From an uncultured Ignavibacteriales bacterium (GTDB lineage Bacteria; Zixibacteria; MSB-5A5; GN15; FEB-12): DNA of 64,000 nt. Positions 50,321-61,443 of this stretch are shown in pieces. The notes under the pieces are model-generated. The model was not told the origin of the DNA and did no database searches. It worked only from the letters and a program-made list of their open reading frames with translations. Made by a program: the position numbers and the translations under genes. Positions within the stretch are counted from its first letter, which is position 1, and each line of letters opens with the position of its first letter. The stretch spans positions 62,001-126,000 of the forward strand of contig CAYXJN010000008.1 of NCBI GenBank assembly GCA_964464605.1, read 5' to 3'.

Positions 50321-51529
50321 TTATAGTTTCGTTAATTCAACCCGTCGATTATTTGCTTTACCTTCCGGAGTAGTGTTGGCATCAATCGGTTTCGTTTCAC
50401 CGAAACCTTTCGCTTCTAATCTGGAGGCGTCTATTTTCCCATTTTCTACCAGATATGCCTTCACGGATTCTGCGCGGCGTTTGGAGAGATCCAAATTCGA
50501 ATCATCGCTGCCGTCACTGTCGGTGTGTCCGTCAATCGAGACACGAAGGGCGGGGGATTCGGTGAGCATCTGAATGATATCAGCAAGTGTCTTGTATGAC
50601 TCCCCTTTGATTTTGTCGGAGTTGACATCAAAGTAAATGCCGTGCGTTACGATGTGGCCATCTTCATCAAGCTGTTCTTTCATCGTTTTGCCTCCTTCGG
50701 CAAATCGGAAATTGCGTATGAACATCTTTTCTTTTGCCCAGTCGTTGTCGTCGGCGTGAAACGTAATGGCAAGCGCAACCGGTAAAAACCCGGCTGTTCT
50801 TGGTGCATTCACCAATCGCATGTTGTCGATATAACATTTCACCGAGCTTTTTGTCACCATCATGCGAAAATGGTGAATGCCGGTGGCGTATGATTCGGGG
50901 AGCTGTATATCGGAAATACTTTGATACGCTCCTTTGTCATCGCTCATGTTAAAATAGGCTTTCGTATTACTGAACATCCGAAGGTGGGCAGTAGGATAGT
51001 CGTCCGCCTTCACCCAGCTAAATTCAATGTAATGCGCTCCGTTGTATACTGATGTCCGGTTCAAGAACTCGAATTCGATCGTGTATTTTTCCGGTAATTG
51101 ATTTATGTTGAGTTTGGGTCGAATTTCACCGCGCGATGATGCCATAATCCACATATCGTTGCCGACTTTGGCGTTTTCAAACACGCCGGATTTCAGATTC
51201 CAACGGGAAGGGAATTCTCCCAATTCTTCCTGACTCAGGTCGTCATAGAAGAGTACCTTTTGACCCGGCACGAAATCGAATTTGGTGTAGAGCTGGAAGT
51301 TATCGGCAGCCGGAGCAGCCGAATCGCTTTTTGCTGCTTGTGGTTCAGTTTCAGCGCTGGCAGTACTGTCCTTCTTCGGCTCTTCAGTTTTTTTGGGTTC
51401 GGTCGCTTTCTTTTCGACTTCTTTTTTGACTTTGCTTTTCAGCTTACCGAGCTGCGCAAATCCTGATTCAGTACCCGTAAGCACCAAAGCCAATCCAATT
51501 ACCATTATCCATGTCAAATGAATACGCAT
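50321..51529 (-). CDS. OmpA C-terminal domain protein
   Basis: Signal peptide; GIYFDVNSD, GHTDSDG..N..LS.RRA..V, NRRVE. Confidence 0.9.
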   Translation of the reverse strand: MRIHLTWIMVIGLALVLTGTESGFAQLGKLKSKVKKEVEKKATEPKKTEEPKKDSTASAETEPQAAKSDSAAPAADNFQLYTKFDFVPGQKVLFYDDLSQEELGEFPSRWNLKSGVFENAKVGNDMWIMASSRGEIRPKLNINQLPEKYTIEFEFLNRTSVYNGAHYIEFSWVKADDYPTAHLRMFSNTKAYFNMSDDKGAYQSISDIQLPESYATGIHHFRMMVTKSSVKCYIDNMRLVNAPRTAGFLPVALAITFHADDNDWAKEKMFIRNFRFAEGGKTMKEQLDEDGHIVTHGIYFDVNSDKIKGESYKTLADIIQMLTESPALRVSIDGHTDSDGSDDSNLDLSKRRAESVKAYLVENGKIDASRLEAKGFGETKPIDANTTPEGKANNRRVELTKL

Positions 51530-51544
51530 ATTCTCAAACTCCTG

Positions 51545-53878
51545 TTATTGGGCGGCTGTTGCATCCGGTCCAAATGATGCCGGAATATCATCCCATTTTA
51601 TCTTATGTATTACATCGTTCGTAAGGCCGTCATTGTCAGGATCAACCGAACAACAGGTAGTGAAGGTACGTTCACCACCTATAATATTCCAATTAGCATT
51701 GTCGAAGCCAATGTATAGGGTATAGGGAATTTCATCGTAAAGGTCTAACGGCGTTACAAAAAGTAAATCACTTGTTCCCATTGAGCCATTCAATGAGGAA
51801 GTAACTTCTTCGCCGTTTGTCAGAATGGCGCTGCCATTTATAAACAGGTCCAGGCTGAAAGAATGGGCCGTTATCTGTCCTTGGATGAGTATTCCCTGTG
51901 GGTCGGGCTGGTTCACCCAACCAAGATGCGTTGATCCGCTCCAGGCCCAGGTATATTCCTCATATGGATCAGAATCAGGAACAGGATAGACAAATATTCC
52001 TGCTGCGTTAGCGTCAGCGTCTGAGTCCAACACACCGCCGAATACAATGAACGCGTTCGGTGCAGGTGTAGTGTGTGGGGCCTCACGAAAGGCATGAACA
52101 TCCGCTCGAAAATGGGCATGAATATTGATTCTACCTTCTAATGTACCGGCGTTCTGTTCAGAATACGTGAAAGTTCCATACCAATCGGTCAGATTAACCG
52201 GGTTGCTTTTTCGCTGAGTCAAGGGCGCAAGTTGGGCATCTCCATCCCGTACCACAGTAACTGGGCCGGACGAGCCAACCCCGCTTTTGGGAATACTCGT
52301 CCATATATAGAGCGGTTCCCATTTATAAATAGTCTGCTCGACGCCATCAATATATACATGTCCCTTTGAACCGGGATCGCTCCCAAAATAGCCGGTAAGA
52401 AACAGCGTATCCGTATAGTTTATTACTTCCACAAAGCGAATACTCGGCGCTAACAGTTCAAAACTGTTCTGCAATTTCGTAATAATGAGTTCTGCGCCGT
52501 TGGATGGGCGAACATCAAAACCGCGGTTGTGCATATCAGTTTTAAGTTGTGTAATATCGAACGGACGTTGTTTCGGGTTTTCGATTGGGGTAAGGGTCGA
52601 CGCGTTTGCCCCTAACATACGATCAATAAGAAACTCACCGGCTTTATCTGAAATAGCGGCCGTAATCTTTTCAGACCATCCGGCATACACCGATGCTCCC
52701 GCTGTCTGGAAAGCATTTGCCATTTCAAATCCGGCGTTGTTTAAACCGCCTGCCAAAAGGCAGGTATTCATGAATACCAAACTGTTCTCTGAAAAGGTCA
52801 TATAGTTTTCAACGAACTTGCTGGTGAACGCGTAGCGTGTGTGCTCCCGGCATACGCCGTTGGAATCAAGATCGTATGCGCTCAGATAAATGAGCTCTTC
52901 GGTTGCAATTAAATCAGCGAAAATTGAATCGCTTGCAGAGGAAGGAATTGTGCTTGTCCATACGGCGCCGTCGTGAAAGCCGACAGTATCAAGAAACCCG
53001 GTGCCGTGTGCATCGATATAAAAGACTCCGACATCCTGAATCTCCGTGAGCAAATCGGGCACAGTGCCATCGGTAGCTGCAACAGCATAGCCGTTGGCAT
53101 CAAGCAGATTCTTGACTTTCGCGACCGCTGACGTAAAACAGGGAGAGCCCAACGTGCTAATGACAACTGCTTCTACTGATTCAGGCATTTCATATGTTGA
53201 CACCTGCGGCGTAGAGTTGCTTTTGGCTTTATGATCGCTTTTGTCCAATCGATTGACCCGTTTAGGTACGACAAATCCCTTCGGAATAGCAGAAGTAGGG
53301 AGTACTATTTCCGATCCGTCAGAAACATTAACCGTGTCATCGGGAAAGCGGTTGTTGGCGACGGCGAAAATCGGACCGTCGATAAAGCGTCCCCATACCG
53401 AGGTTTCTTCCCGTCCAACCTCGGCAAATTCACTTCGACCGTTCATGAACGTAAACAGGGCAGATGCTATCGAATCAGGATCACCGCCGTGAAGCACTGC
53501 TTGCAGTGAGTCCACAGCATTGAACACAATGACACGTTCAGCAAAATTCAATTCGGTTGCCGGGCAGATCGGCGCGGCGCCGCCGCCGATGACGTAGCGA
53601 ATAAGCCGTACAACGTCATGTACCGTTACTTTGCCGGAGCCGTCGGCGTCCCATCTTTGCAGACAGGACGGTGTAGCGACATTCGCAAACAGATACTGCG
53701 AAACAAGCAGAGGATCGGCAAGCGTGATAGTGCCGCTGCTGTCGGCATCTCCGGCGACATCGCAGCATCCGGCGGCAAGCGTTTTGTCCGGTATTATAAG
53801 GTTGATCAGAAATGCAATGAGAAGTATCGATGCTGCAGTGCACGGATGAATAACCGTGTGTCCGAATTTTCCGTTCAT
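51545..53878 (-). CDS. Secreted protein: N-terminal dockerin-like domain + putative clan CD (caspase-fold) domain + IPT/TIG-like domain
   Basis: GCC..GDADSSG..WDADGSG; VFYIDAHG and LVFMNTC; G.FGS.PG..V. Start reset to ATG 53878 behind GGAG. Confidence 0.7.
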   Translation of the reverse strand: MNGKFGHTVIHPCTAASILLIAFLINLIIPDKTLAAGCCDVAGDADSSGTITLADPLLVSQYLFANVATPSCLQRWDADGSGKVTVHDVVRLIRYVIGGGAAPICPATELNFAERVIVFNAVDSLQAVLHGGDPDSIASALFTFMNGRSEFAEVGREETSVWGRFIDGPIFAVANNRFPDDTVNVSDGSEIVLPTSAIPKGFVVPKRVNRLDKSDHKAKSNSTPQVSTYEMPESVEAVVISTLGSPCFTSAVAKVKNLLDANGYAVAATDGTVPDLLTEIQDVGVFYIDAHGTGFLDTVGFHDGAVWTSTIPSSASDSIFADLIATEELIYLSAYDLDSNGVCREHTRYAFTSKFVENYMTFSENSLVFMNTCLLAGGLNNAGFEMANAFQTAGASVYAGWSEKITAAISDKAGEFLIDRMLGANASTLTPIENPKQRPFDITQLKTDMHNRGFDVRPSNGAELIITKLQNSFELLAPSIRFVEVINYTDTLFLTGYFGSDPGSKGHVYIDGVEQTIYKWEPLYIWTSIPKSGVGSSGPVTVVRDGDAQLAPLTQRKSNPVNLTDWYGTFTYSEQNAGTLEGRINIHAHFRADVHAFREAPHTTPAPNAFIVFGGVLDSDADANAAGIFVYPVPDSDPYEEYTWAWSGSTHLGWVNQPDPQGILIQGQITAHSFSLDLFINGSAILTNGEEVTSSLNGSMGTSDLLFVTPLDLYDEIPYTLYIGFDNANWNIIGGERTFTTCCSVDPDNDGLTNDVIHKIKWDDIPASFGPDATAAQ

Positions 53879-54050
53879 CAGTAACTCCTTGCTGAGAATG
53901 TTTTGAACCACATTAGCGGATAGTAAAGCAGAACGGAAATGCGATGGCAATCGATTTTTAGATACCGGCTGGTTTGGACAGTTTGTTTGAGCCTCGGTTT
54001 GTCAGGGCAAACCCCACAAGTTGGTATGTATAGGGGTCAGTTCGAAAGTC

Positions 54051-57000
54051 TTACCTGTTTTCGGTCAGCTGCCTGCTTTTTGCCATAAAGTACAACACCG
54101 GAACGGCCATGCGGCTTATCAGCAATGATGCAACCTCGCCAGCCATCAAGGCGATGGCAAGTCCCTGAAAGATCGGATCGAAAAGAATAACCGAGGCGCC
54201 GACGATAACCGCAGCAGCCGTGAGCAGCATCGGACGGAACCGAACCGCTCCGGCATCGATCACTGCCTGATCAAGAGGGGTTCCCTGTGCCAGCCGAAGT
54301 TCGATAAAATCAACCAGGATAATTGAATTGCGAATAACGATTCCCGCTCCTGCCATGAATCCGATCATAGATGTTGCGGTAAAAAACGCATCCATCGCTC
54401 CATGTGCGGGCATGATTCCGATTAGAGAAAAAGGAATTGCCGCCATTACGATAATCGGTGTGAGCAGCGACTTGAACCAGCCGACCATCAAAATGTAGAT
54501 GAGTACGAGAACCACGAGGAATGCGAATCCCAGATCGCGGAATACTTCAATCGTGATATGCCATTCTCCATCCCATTTGATAGCAGGATCAAGCGTTATG
54601 GGGGGCTGCGTTGCGTTGTATATGTCAACCTGGGGTTTACTGCCACCGAATTGTCGCATATCAAGTTGTAGCAAGTTTTCATTCATGTCAAAAATCGCAT
54701 ACCCGGGACTTTCAACCGCCCCGGCCACATCACCGATGATATACGTCACCGGCATCAGATTTTTTCGGTACATTGCTTTGTCAGCAATTCGTTCTTCAGT
54801 GCGTACCAGTTCTGAAATCGGGATCAACAACGGCATCTCTGACTTGTTGGTTATTGTCGTTTTTGATGTCCGTATCGAGAGTCCGAGCAGTTCATGGCGG
54901 CTGGTTTTTTCGGCACGGGGAACCTCGAGAATCAGCGCGATATCCTCCCGCTCGCCCGGTAAGTGGACAATATCAACACGGGTACCTTTGACTGCTACTT
55001 GCAAAGTTTGGGCAATAGCATCCGCCGTCACACCAAACAGTGCTGCCCGTTGATGGTCGATAACGAACGCAATCTCCCGCTGATCATCCTCCTGATACGT
55101 ATCAATGTCGACAACACCGGGGGTCGAAGCAAAAATTGAGCGAACGGATGAAGCAAGCTGGCCGCGTGAACTATCTGACGGGCCGTAAATTTCGGCGACG
55201 AGCGTTTGCAATACAGGCGGGCCGGGTGGTACTTCCGCAACGGCGACGCGGGCGGAGAATTTTTTTGCAATTTCCTGTACCTTCGGGCGAACCCGTTTCG
55301 CAATATCATGGCTTTGTGCATCACGCTGGTCTTTTTTTAGCAGATTGATCTGAATGTCGGCGATATGCGGTCCCTCGCGCAAAAAATAGTGTCGAACCAA
55401 TCCGTTAAAATTGTATGGGGCGGAGATACCGGCGTAAATCTGATAGGTTGTGACCTCCGGTTCCGTGCTGATTGCGTTTGCAATTTCCCGCGCCGCCTCT
55501 ACTGTTCGCTCAAGCGAGGATCCTTCAGGCATGTTGATAATGACCTGAAATTCATTCTTGTTGTCGAATGGGAGCATCTTAACCTGTACCCATCCAATCC
55601 CGACTAACCCAAGGGCAATGAAAAGAGCAATGACCGTCGATCCGAGAAACAACCAGCGAAATTTCGGTTTGTGAATAAGTGATGCCATTACCCGGCGGTA
55701 AATGCGGGTGGCGAGACCCTCCGATATCGGCTCTCCTTCACCTGTCACGTGAGATTTTCCCTGCCCCCATTTCAGTACCCGAACAGCCGCCCACGGGGTT
55801 ACGATAAAGGCAATCATAAGTGAGAAGAGCATAGCAGCGGTCGAGCCAATAGGAATCGGTCGCATATACGGACCCATCAACCCGCCGACAAAGGCCATCG
55901 GCAGTACGGCAGCGATAACCGCCCACGTAGCAAGTACAGTCGGATTGCCGACTTCCGATACCGCTTCAATGGCCACATCTGCCCAGGCACGTCCTTTGTT
56001 TATGGCAAGGTGGAGGTGGCGGGTGATGTTTTCAACGACGACAATCGCGTCATCGACTAAAATACCGATAGAGAAAATCAACGCGAACAGCGTGATGCGA
56101 TTCAACGTGAAACCGGCTAAGTAAAATACGAGCAATGTGAGCGCCAAAGTAGACGGAATCGCCAGAGCGACAATTATCGATTCCCGCCAGCCCAGACTTA
56201 GCAGAATGAGCAGCGCAACGCTCAGGACGGCAAGCAGCATATGAAAAAGGAGTTCATTTGATTTTTCTGCTGCGGTTTCTCCATAGTGACGTGTTACGCT
56301 CATCTCGACATTTGCAGGGATGTATTTTCCTTTGATCACATCAATTTTGTGCAGAACACGTTCGGCAACCGAAATGGCATTTGTTCCCGGGCGTTTGGCA
56401 ATGGTGAGTGTAACCGCCGCCTGATCTTCATGCGATGCTGAATGCGCCACACCGGTACCGAAAACAACAACCTGATTCAATTCTTCCGGACCGTCGATGA
56501 CCACGGCTACATCCCGCAGATATACCGGGCTGCCGCCGCTTATGCCGACGATAATATCCTGCACATCCTGCACACTGTGCAGAAAACCGTCGGTTTCGAT
56601 GATGATATCCTGATTGTTTTGTATCAGGCTCCCTGACCGGGACTGACGATTCGCCCGCTGCAAAATCGGAATGATCGCAAGCGGGTCCAGCTGTCTGGCC
56701 GCGAGTGCATCGGGATTCAATTGAATGCGAAACTGGCGACGTACGCCCCCGATAATGTTCGTTTCGGATACGTCCGGGATTTGTTTGATCTGTTCTTCTA
56801 TTTCCGCAACAATGCGTCTGAGTACATAATGATCTTCGTTCGCACTGTGAAAAGTGAGAGCGAGTATGGGGACGTCATCAATTGAGCGCGGTTTGAGAAT
56901 GGGGGAGGAGACACCGGGTGGAATCCGATCGAAATTCGATTCGAGTTTTTGATTTAGCTTAACCAGACTCCGTTCGACATCTTCACCAACCACAAAACGG

Positions 57001-57317
57001 GCTATAACAAGCGCTTCCTCGGCACGGGAAATCGAATACACATACTCAATGCCCGGAATTTCCCAGATGAGCTTTTCCATTGGAGCAGTAACACGACGCT
57101 CCACTTCTTCTGCGCTCAATCCGGAAGCCGATACCATCACGTCGATCATCGGTACTTTTATCTGCGGCTCTTCCTCGCGAGGGAGCAGGGTGACCGCAAG
57201 AACGCCCAGAAGAATTGAGGCGATAATCAGTAGCGGGGTCAGTTTGGAATCGATAAACGATTTGGCGAGCGATCCGGACAGCCCCGATGATTTCGGCTTT
57301 TGTCCAGATTCGGTCAT
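54051..57317 (-). CDS. RND efflux permease subunit
   Basis: [54 protein letters not shown]. Confidence 0.93.
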   Translation of the reverse strand: MTESGQKPKSSGLSGSLAKSFIDSKLTPLLIIASILLGVLAVTLLPREEEPQIKVPMIDVMVSASGLSAEEVERRVTAPMEKLIWEIPGIEYVYSISRAEEALVIARFVVGEDVERSLVKLNQKLESNFDRIPPGVSSPILKPRSIDDVPILALTFHSANEDHYVLRRIVAEIEEQIKQIPDVSETNIIGGVRRQFRIQLNPDALAARQLDPLAIIPILQRANRQSRSGSLIQNNQDIIIETDGFLHSVQDVQDIIVGISGGSPVYLRDVAVVIDGPEELNQVVVFGTGVAHSASHEDQAAVTLTIAKRPGTNAISVAERVLHKIDVIKGKYIPANVEMSVTRHYGETAAEKSNELLFHMLLAVLSVALLILLSLGWRESIIVALAIPSTLALTLLVFYLAGFTLNRITLFALIFSIGILVDDAIVVVENITRHLHLAINKGRAWADVAIEAVSEVGNPTVLATWAVIAAVLPMAFVGGLMGPYMRPIPIGSTAAMLFSLMIAFIVTPWAAVRVLKWGQGKSHVTGEGEPISEGLATRIYRRVMASLIHKPKFRWLFLGSTVIALFIALGLVGIGWVQVKMLPFDNKNEFQVIINMPEGSSLERTVEAAREIANAISTEPEVTTYQIYAGISAPYNFNGLVRHYFLREGPHIADIQINLLKKDQRDAQSHDIAKRVRPKVQEIAKKFSARVAVAEVPPGPPVLQTLVAEIYGPSDSSRGQLASSVRSIFASTPGVVDIDTYQEDDQREIAFVIDHQRAALFGVTADAIAQTLQVAVKGTRVDIVHLPGEREDIALILEVPRAEKTSRHELLGLSIRTSKTTITNKSEMPLLIPISELVRTEERIADKAMYRKNLMPVTYIIGDVAGAVESPGYAIFDMNENLLQLDMRQFGGSKPQVDIYNATQPPITLDPAIKWDGEWHITIEVFRDLGFAFLVVLVLIYILMVGWFKSLLTPIIVMAAIPFSLIGIMPAHGAMDAFFTATSMIGFMAGAGIVIRNSIILVDFIELRLAQGTPLDQAVIDAGAVRFRPMLLTAAAVIVGASVILFDPIFQGLAIALMAGEVASLLISRMAVPVLYFMAKSRQLTENR

Positions 57318-58342
57318 GGCGCTTCCTCAACCATGTCACCGTCGAAAAGGAGTGCCTGTCCATCGACTACAATCCGCTCCCCCTCCTGAAGTCCTGCCAA
57401 AATTTCGATTTGTTCCGGTGTTTCACGGCCGATTCGAATCAGGCGAAGAACAGCCGACTGTTTGTCGCTTACCGCATAAACAAGATCAAGCTGGCCGCGT
57501 TTGATAAGTGCGCTGCGGGGAATCCAGAGCGAATATTCCTGCGGATCGGCAATTTGAAGACGGCCTATTATGCCGCTGTTGATATTCCTCTGTAAAGGCA
57601 TACGCAATCGTATTTCAAAGGTATGGTTTGTCGGATCGGCGCCGGACGGCAGTTCGGCTATTGGAGCGGTAATAGTCGTATCGAGCGTGTGCAAGTACAC
57701 CGAAACAGAGTCACCGGGCTTCAATTGTCTCAGCATTGATTCGGGCAGCATGGCAGAAAATAGCAGAGGAGCATCTTGCTCGATAGTCAACAACGCAATT
57801 CCGGGTTGCGCCATGTCACCGGTATCGATTGATCGCTGAGTAATGGTACCATCGAACGGAGCTTCAATTTTTGCGTAACTCAACGCCGTTTGTGCTGCTG
57901 TTAGTGCGGCATTTGCCGCATCGACCTCGGTTTTGACGCCATCATATTCCCTTTGCGAAACCATCTGCTTGGCAAGCAAGTCATCGTATCGCTTCAATTC
58001 AGTCGATACCAGTTTATATGAGGTTTGCGCCTGTAGAACCTGGGCTTCCAGATCGCGATTGTCCAGCTCAATCAACAGTTCACCTTTCTTCACTCTGCTT
58101 CCGAGTCCAACCGGAATCTGAGTTACCCATGCCTGTATTCTGCTTTGGATAACGGCACGGTTTCGAGAGATAACCGTGCCAACGTATTCGGTGCTGGCCG
58201 CCGATGGACGCGAAAGAACAACAGCCGTTTGTACCGGTTTCGGCGCAACTGCAGCTTGTTCGGTTTTCTCGCTATGTTGATTGTCACAGCCGGCGACAAA
58301 CAGTAGAGATGCGAAGACGACTGCCTTGAAGCTGCTTTGCAT
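57314..58342 (-). CDS. RND periplasmic adaptor (lipoprotein)
   Basis: VAGC lipobox; [26 protein letters not shown]. Confidence 0.9.
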   Translation of the reverse strand: MQSSFKAVVFASLLFVAGCDNQHSEKTEQAAVAPKPVQTAVVLSRPSAASTEYVGTVISRNRAVIQSRIQAWVTQIPVGLGSRVKKGELLIELDNRDLEAQVLQAQTSYKLVSTELKRYDDLLAKQMVSQREYDGVKTEVDAANAALTAAQTALSYAKIEAPFDGTITQRSIDTGDMAQPGIALLTIEQDAPLLFSAMLPESMLRQLKPGDSVSVYLHTLDTTITAPIAELPSGADPTNHTFEIRLRMPLQRNINSGIIGRLQIADPQEYSLWIPRSALIKRGQLDLVYAVSDKQSAVLRLIRIGRETPEQIEILAGLQEGERIVVDGQALLFDGDMVEEAP

Positions 58343-58533
58343 TACTTACCCTGCACACCGCATTTTCGCAGAATCATCTCTGCCGGGCAAAAGCCGGTGA
58401 ATGCCGACTGTATCAAATTAACCCCGACAAAGGCAGTCAGGATAAGCCAGTACTGGCTTACCAAAAATGCCAGCGCGAGACTCAGAAGCACCATGGAGCC
58501 GGCTACCACACGGACGGCATTGTTCATAGTCAT
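58342..58533 (-). CDS. DUF2892 (YgaP-like) small membrane protein
   Basis: FVGVNLIQSAFTGFCP; GGAGG RBS. Start reset to ATG 58533. Confidence 0.88.
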   Translation of the reverse strand: MTMNNAVRVVAGSMVLLSLALAFLVSQYWLILTAFVGVNLIQSAFTGFCPAEMILRKCGVQGK

Positions 58534-58561
58534 AAATTTCCTCCAAAAAACGTGTTGACAA

Positions 58562-58583
58562 TATATAAACATATATTTATATA
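58562..58583. promoter_or_regulatory. AT-rich palindromic operator within divergent promoters
   Basis: TATATAAACATATATTTATATA (20/22 self-complementary), directly after TTGACA. Confidence 0.65.
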
Positions 58584-58589
58584 ATAGCA

Positions 58590-58952
58590 ATGAAAAAAAC
58601 AGCGGCTGGCGATTTTTCGAAGGCAACGGATACCATGCTGGAGCAGGCAGCGGTCACCTTTCAGGCGTTGAGCGATCCGACCCGGTTGCGTATCCTGCAG
58701 GCGCTCAAGGAGAAAGAACGGACGGTTCAGGAATTGGTGAGTTTGTTTGACTGGACTCAGCCGAATATTTCCCGTCACCTGTCAATTCTGGCGCGGGCTG
58801 GATTTGTCGGCAAATCTAAGCGGGGTGCGTTTGTGTTTTATGGAATCAAGGGTTTGGGCGCGTTGCGGATGTGTGATCTGATTTGCGGGCATCTGCAATC
58901 GACGGTCGAGCAGTTGACAGCGGCAAAAAGCAAATCCCGCATTTATTTCTGA
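58590..58952 (+). CDS. ArsR/SmtB family regulator
   Basis: FQALSDPTRLRIL, QPNISRHLSIL, CDLIC in the last helix. Confidence 0.9.
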   Translation: MKKTAAGDFSKATDTMLEQAAVTFQALSDPTRLRILQALKEKERTVQELVSLFDWTQPNISRHLSILARAGFVGKSKRGAFVFYGIKGLGALRMCDLICGHLQSTVEQLTAAKSKSRIYF

Positions 58953-60031
58953 TTCAGGAATTGTGCTAAGAGCGAATGAAACTGGTGTACCCCGATTTCA
59001 CGGGTTGGGGAAAACCGACCTGCTTTGTAATAGCGTGACTGCAAGCCGCTATGCACCCCCTCAACGACGAATTCATCTTCACGCTCAACTTTATCCAGCA
59101 TCGCACCGGCACCGCTGTTGAGTTTAGTGTCATCATACACATAAGAAATAAACGATACTTTCGTGCGATTCAGCCCCAAGGGCCTGATAAGATTGACAGA
59201 TAAACCCCACGGGTAGAAATTGAACATCATGTTCGGAAAGAGCCAGTAATAATAAGCTGCGACATGTTTGCCGTGATCTACATGTCCTTTCGGTAAGTCG
59301 AATACTTCTTCGCTCTCATCAGCATATCCGATTTGCAAATTAAGGTGGTCGTATGTCATTGTTTTGTACGTACCGTAATCGATGACCTGGTTAAGACCCT
59401 CATGAACAAACGGAATGTGAAACCCCTCGAGATAATTGTCGCAATACAACGCCCAATGGCAATTGACGAGATAGTCTTTGCTTAAACTGTCGCTTCGTTT
59501 GAATTGGTGGAGCGGCAAGAAACCAACCCGTTCATTCATAATCTCAAAAACTTTGGAAATGTCGAAAACCGGTTCAAGACCGACGAACAAATGCTGTCCC
59601 CATTGCGCTAACTGAAATTGATGCAGGCTGTCGCATGGGCGCGGGAAATTTTCGGTTTCTTTGAATTCAGGCATTCTTCGGAATGTGCCGTCCAGCTCGA
59701 ACGACCGGCCATGATACCCGCAGGTCAACACTTTCTGCTTTCCGGGGTTGTTCACAACGATATTACCGCGATGGGTGCAGACATTCGTCATACAGCGAAT
59801 TGCACCTTCTTTGTCGCGGGTGAGTAGCATCGGTTCGGATAAGAATTTATCCAAAAGTGTTACTGGGTAGACGGTATTTCCCGGGGGGATAACGCTGTCG
59901 TCGCCGATCCATTGCCATGTTTTGGTAAAAACACGCTCTTTGAGCGCCTCGAATACATCCGGGTCGCGATAGAAAGAGGCGGGAAGCGTTTCTGCTTTTT
60001 TGATATCGGGGTCGATGTTGTATTTTTGCAT
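58943..60031 (-). CDS. Rieske non-heme iron oxygenase alpha subunit (choline monooxygenase-like)
   Basis: CTH...CGYH Rieske motif; DNYLEGFHIPFVH; ED. Confidence 0.88.
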   Translation of the reverse strand: MQKYNIDPDIKKAETLPASFYRDPDVFEALKERVFTKTWQWIGDDSVIPPGNTVYPVTLLDKFLSEPMLLTRDKEGAIRCMTNVCTHRGNIVVNNPGKQKVLTCGYHGRSFELDGTFRRMPEFKETENFPRPCDSLHQFQLAQWGQHLFVGLEPVFDISKVFEIMNERVGFLPLHQFKRSDSLSKDYLVNCHWALYCDNYLEGFHIPFVHEGLNQVIDYGTYKTMTYDHLNLQIGYADESEEVFDLPKGHVDHGKHVAAYYYWLFPNMMFNFYPWGLSVNLIRPLGLNRTKVSFISYVYDDTKLNSGAGAMLDKVEREDEFVVEGVHSGLQSRYYKAGRFSPTREIGVHQFHSLLAQFLNQK

Positions 60032-60032
60032 C

Positions 60033-61367
60033 TTATCGCACCTTTTTCATATCAGCGAGTCTCATCCACACATAAAACGGAATACCGGCCATTAACAGAA
60101 TAAAGCCCCAGAAGACAACTTCCTGACCGCTGCCTATCATAATCCAGAGTGAAAAAATAAAAGCGAGAATGGCGAGCAAAAGTTTCGCCATCTGATTGTG
60201 CTCTTTTAACGCTCTTGTTTGAAGTACATAGCTTGCAGTTGAAAATAGGTAGGGAGTTAGTACGGCAAGGGTGGAGAGTGTTATCATAAATGAGAACGCA
60301 TCCACCAGCGACTTTGCATAGTTCAATGCCATCAAAACGGAAGCAAGCACACTTGAGATAACGATACCGATTATCGGTGAATCATTCTTGTTGAGTTTGT
60401 TAAATATGCTCGGAAACAATTTATCCTGGGCAGCCGACATAGGAATTTGACCTTGAATAAGTATCCATCCGTTTAACGCGCCAAAAGTTGAAATTATCGC
60501 ACCGATTGCTACAATATATTTGGCGTATGACCCCCAGAAAACAGCGGCAGCATCTGCATACGGCGCATTCGATGTTGCCAGTGTATCGGCGGGGAGAATA
60601 CCCATTATTGCAACCGAACTGAGCAAATATACCACGACCGTAACCAATGTGCCAGCGATTGTTGAACTGCGGATAGTAGCGCCGGCATTCTTAATTTGTG
60701 AGCCAGTGATCGAGGCACTTTCCATGCCGAGAAAGGCAAAGAAAGTCAGCATCGTGACGGTTGTCATAGTAACCATATTCGATTCACCGGTAAGATTGAA
60801 GGCAGGAAAGTGATCGAGCTGTATGTAAAAAATTCCTATGAACCCAATCAGTATGAGTGGAATGAGTTTTAGGATTGTCGTAACTAACTGAACTACTCCA
60901 ACCGTTTTAATTCGTTTTGCATTTACCCAGGTCAGAAACCAGATAACAGAGAGGCCGGTCAGAACAGCTGCTATCGGGCTTTCTGAGAGAATAGGGAAGA
61001 AGACACTTAAGTAACTAACCAAAGCAACCGCGATTGCGGCGTTAGTGCACCAGATAGAAATCCAATAACTCCATGCGACTAAATACGCCGCAAAATCCCC
61101 TAACCCGATTCGCGTGTATGCATACGGCCCACCGATTGTTTCCGGCGCTAAACGGCCAAGTTCTCCGAACAAAAGCGCCATTAAGATTGCGCCTATCGCG
61201 GAACAAAGCCACCCGATCAGACTGATGCTGCCGTAGACAGCCAGGGCTGCCGGTAACAGAAATATGCCGGAACCAACCATATTCCCGACTACCAAGGCGG
61301 TACTTGACCAGAATCCGAGCTTTGACTCCTGATTTTGGTCTGTTATATGGCCGGTGTTTGAAACCAC
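60033..61367 (-). CDS. APC family amino acid permease
   Basis: GNMVGSGIFLLP, GGPYAY, FAFLGMES, GALNGW. Confidence 0.9.
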   Translation of the reverse strand: MVSNTGHITDQNQESKLGFWSSTALVVGNMVGSGIFLLPAALAVYGSISLIGWLCSAIGAILMALLFGELGRLAPETIGGPYAYTRIGLGDFAAYLVAWSYWISIWCTNAAIAVALVSYLSVFFPILSESPIAAVLTGLSVIWFLTWVNAKRIKTVGVVQLVTTILKLIPLILIGFIGIFYIQLDHFPAFNLTGESNMVTMTTVTMLTFFAFLGMESASITGSQIKNAGATIRSSTIAGTLVTVVVYLLSSVAIMGILPADTLATSNAPYADAAAVFWGSYAKYIVAIGAIISTFGALNGWILIQGQIPMSAAQDKLFPSIFNKLNKNDSPIIGIVISSVLASVLMALNYAKSLVDAFSFMITLSTLAVLTPYLFSTASYVLQTRALKEHNQMAKLLLAILAFIFSLWIMIGSGQEVVFWGFILLMAGIPFYVWMRLADMKKVR

Positions 61368-61443
61368 GATGGGGTAAAATACGAAATTCTGTTACAAACC
61401 GGGGAAATGATTTAGGTAGTGTCGTAAAGCGACAGAGGCAGAT

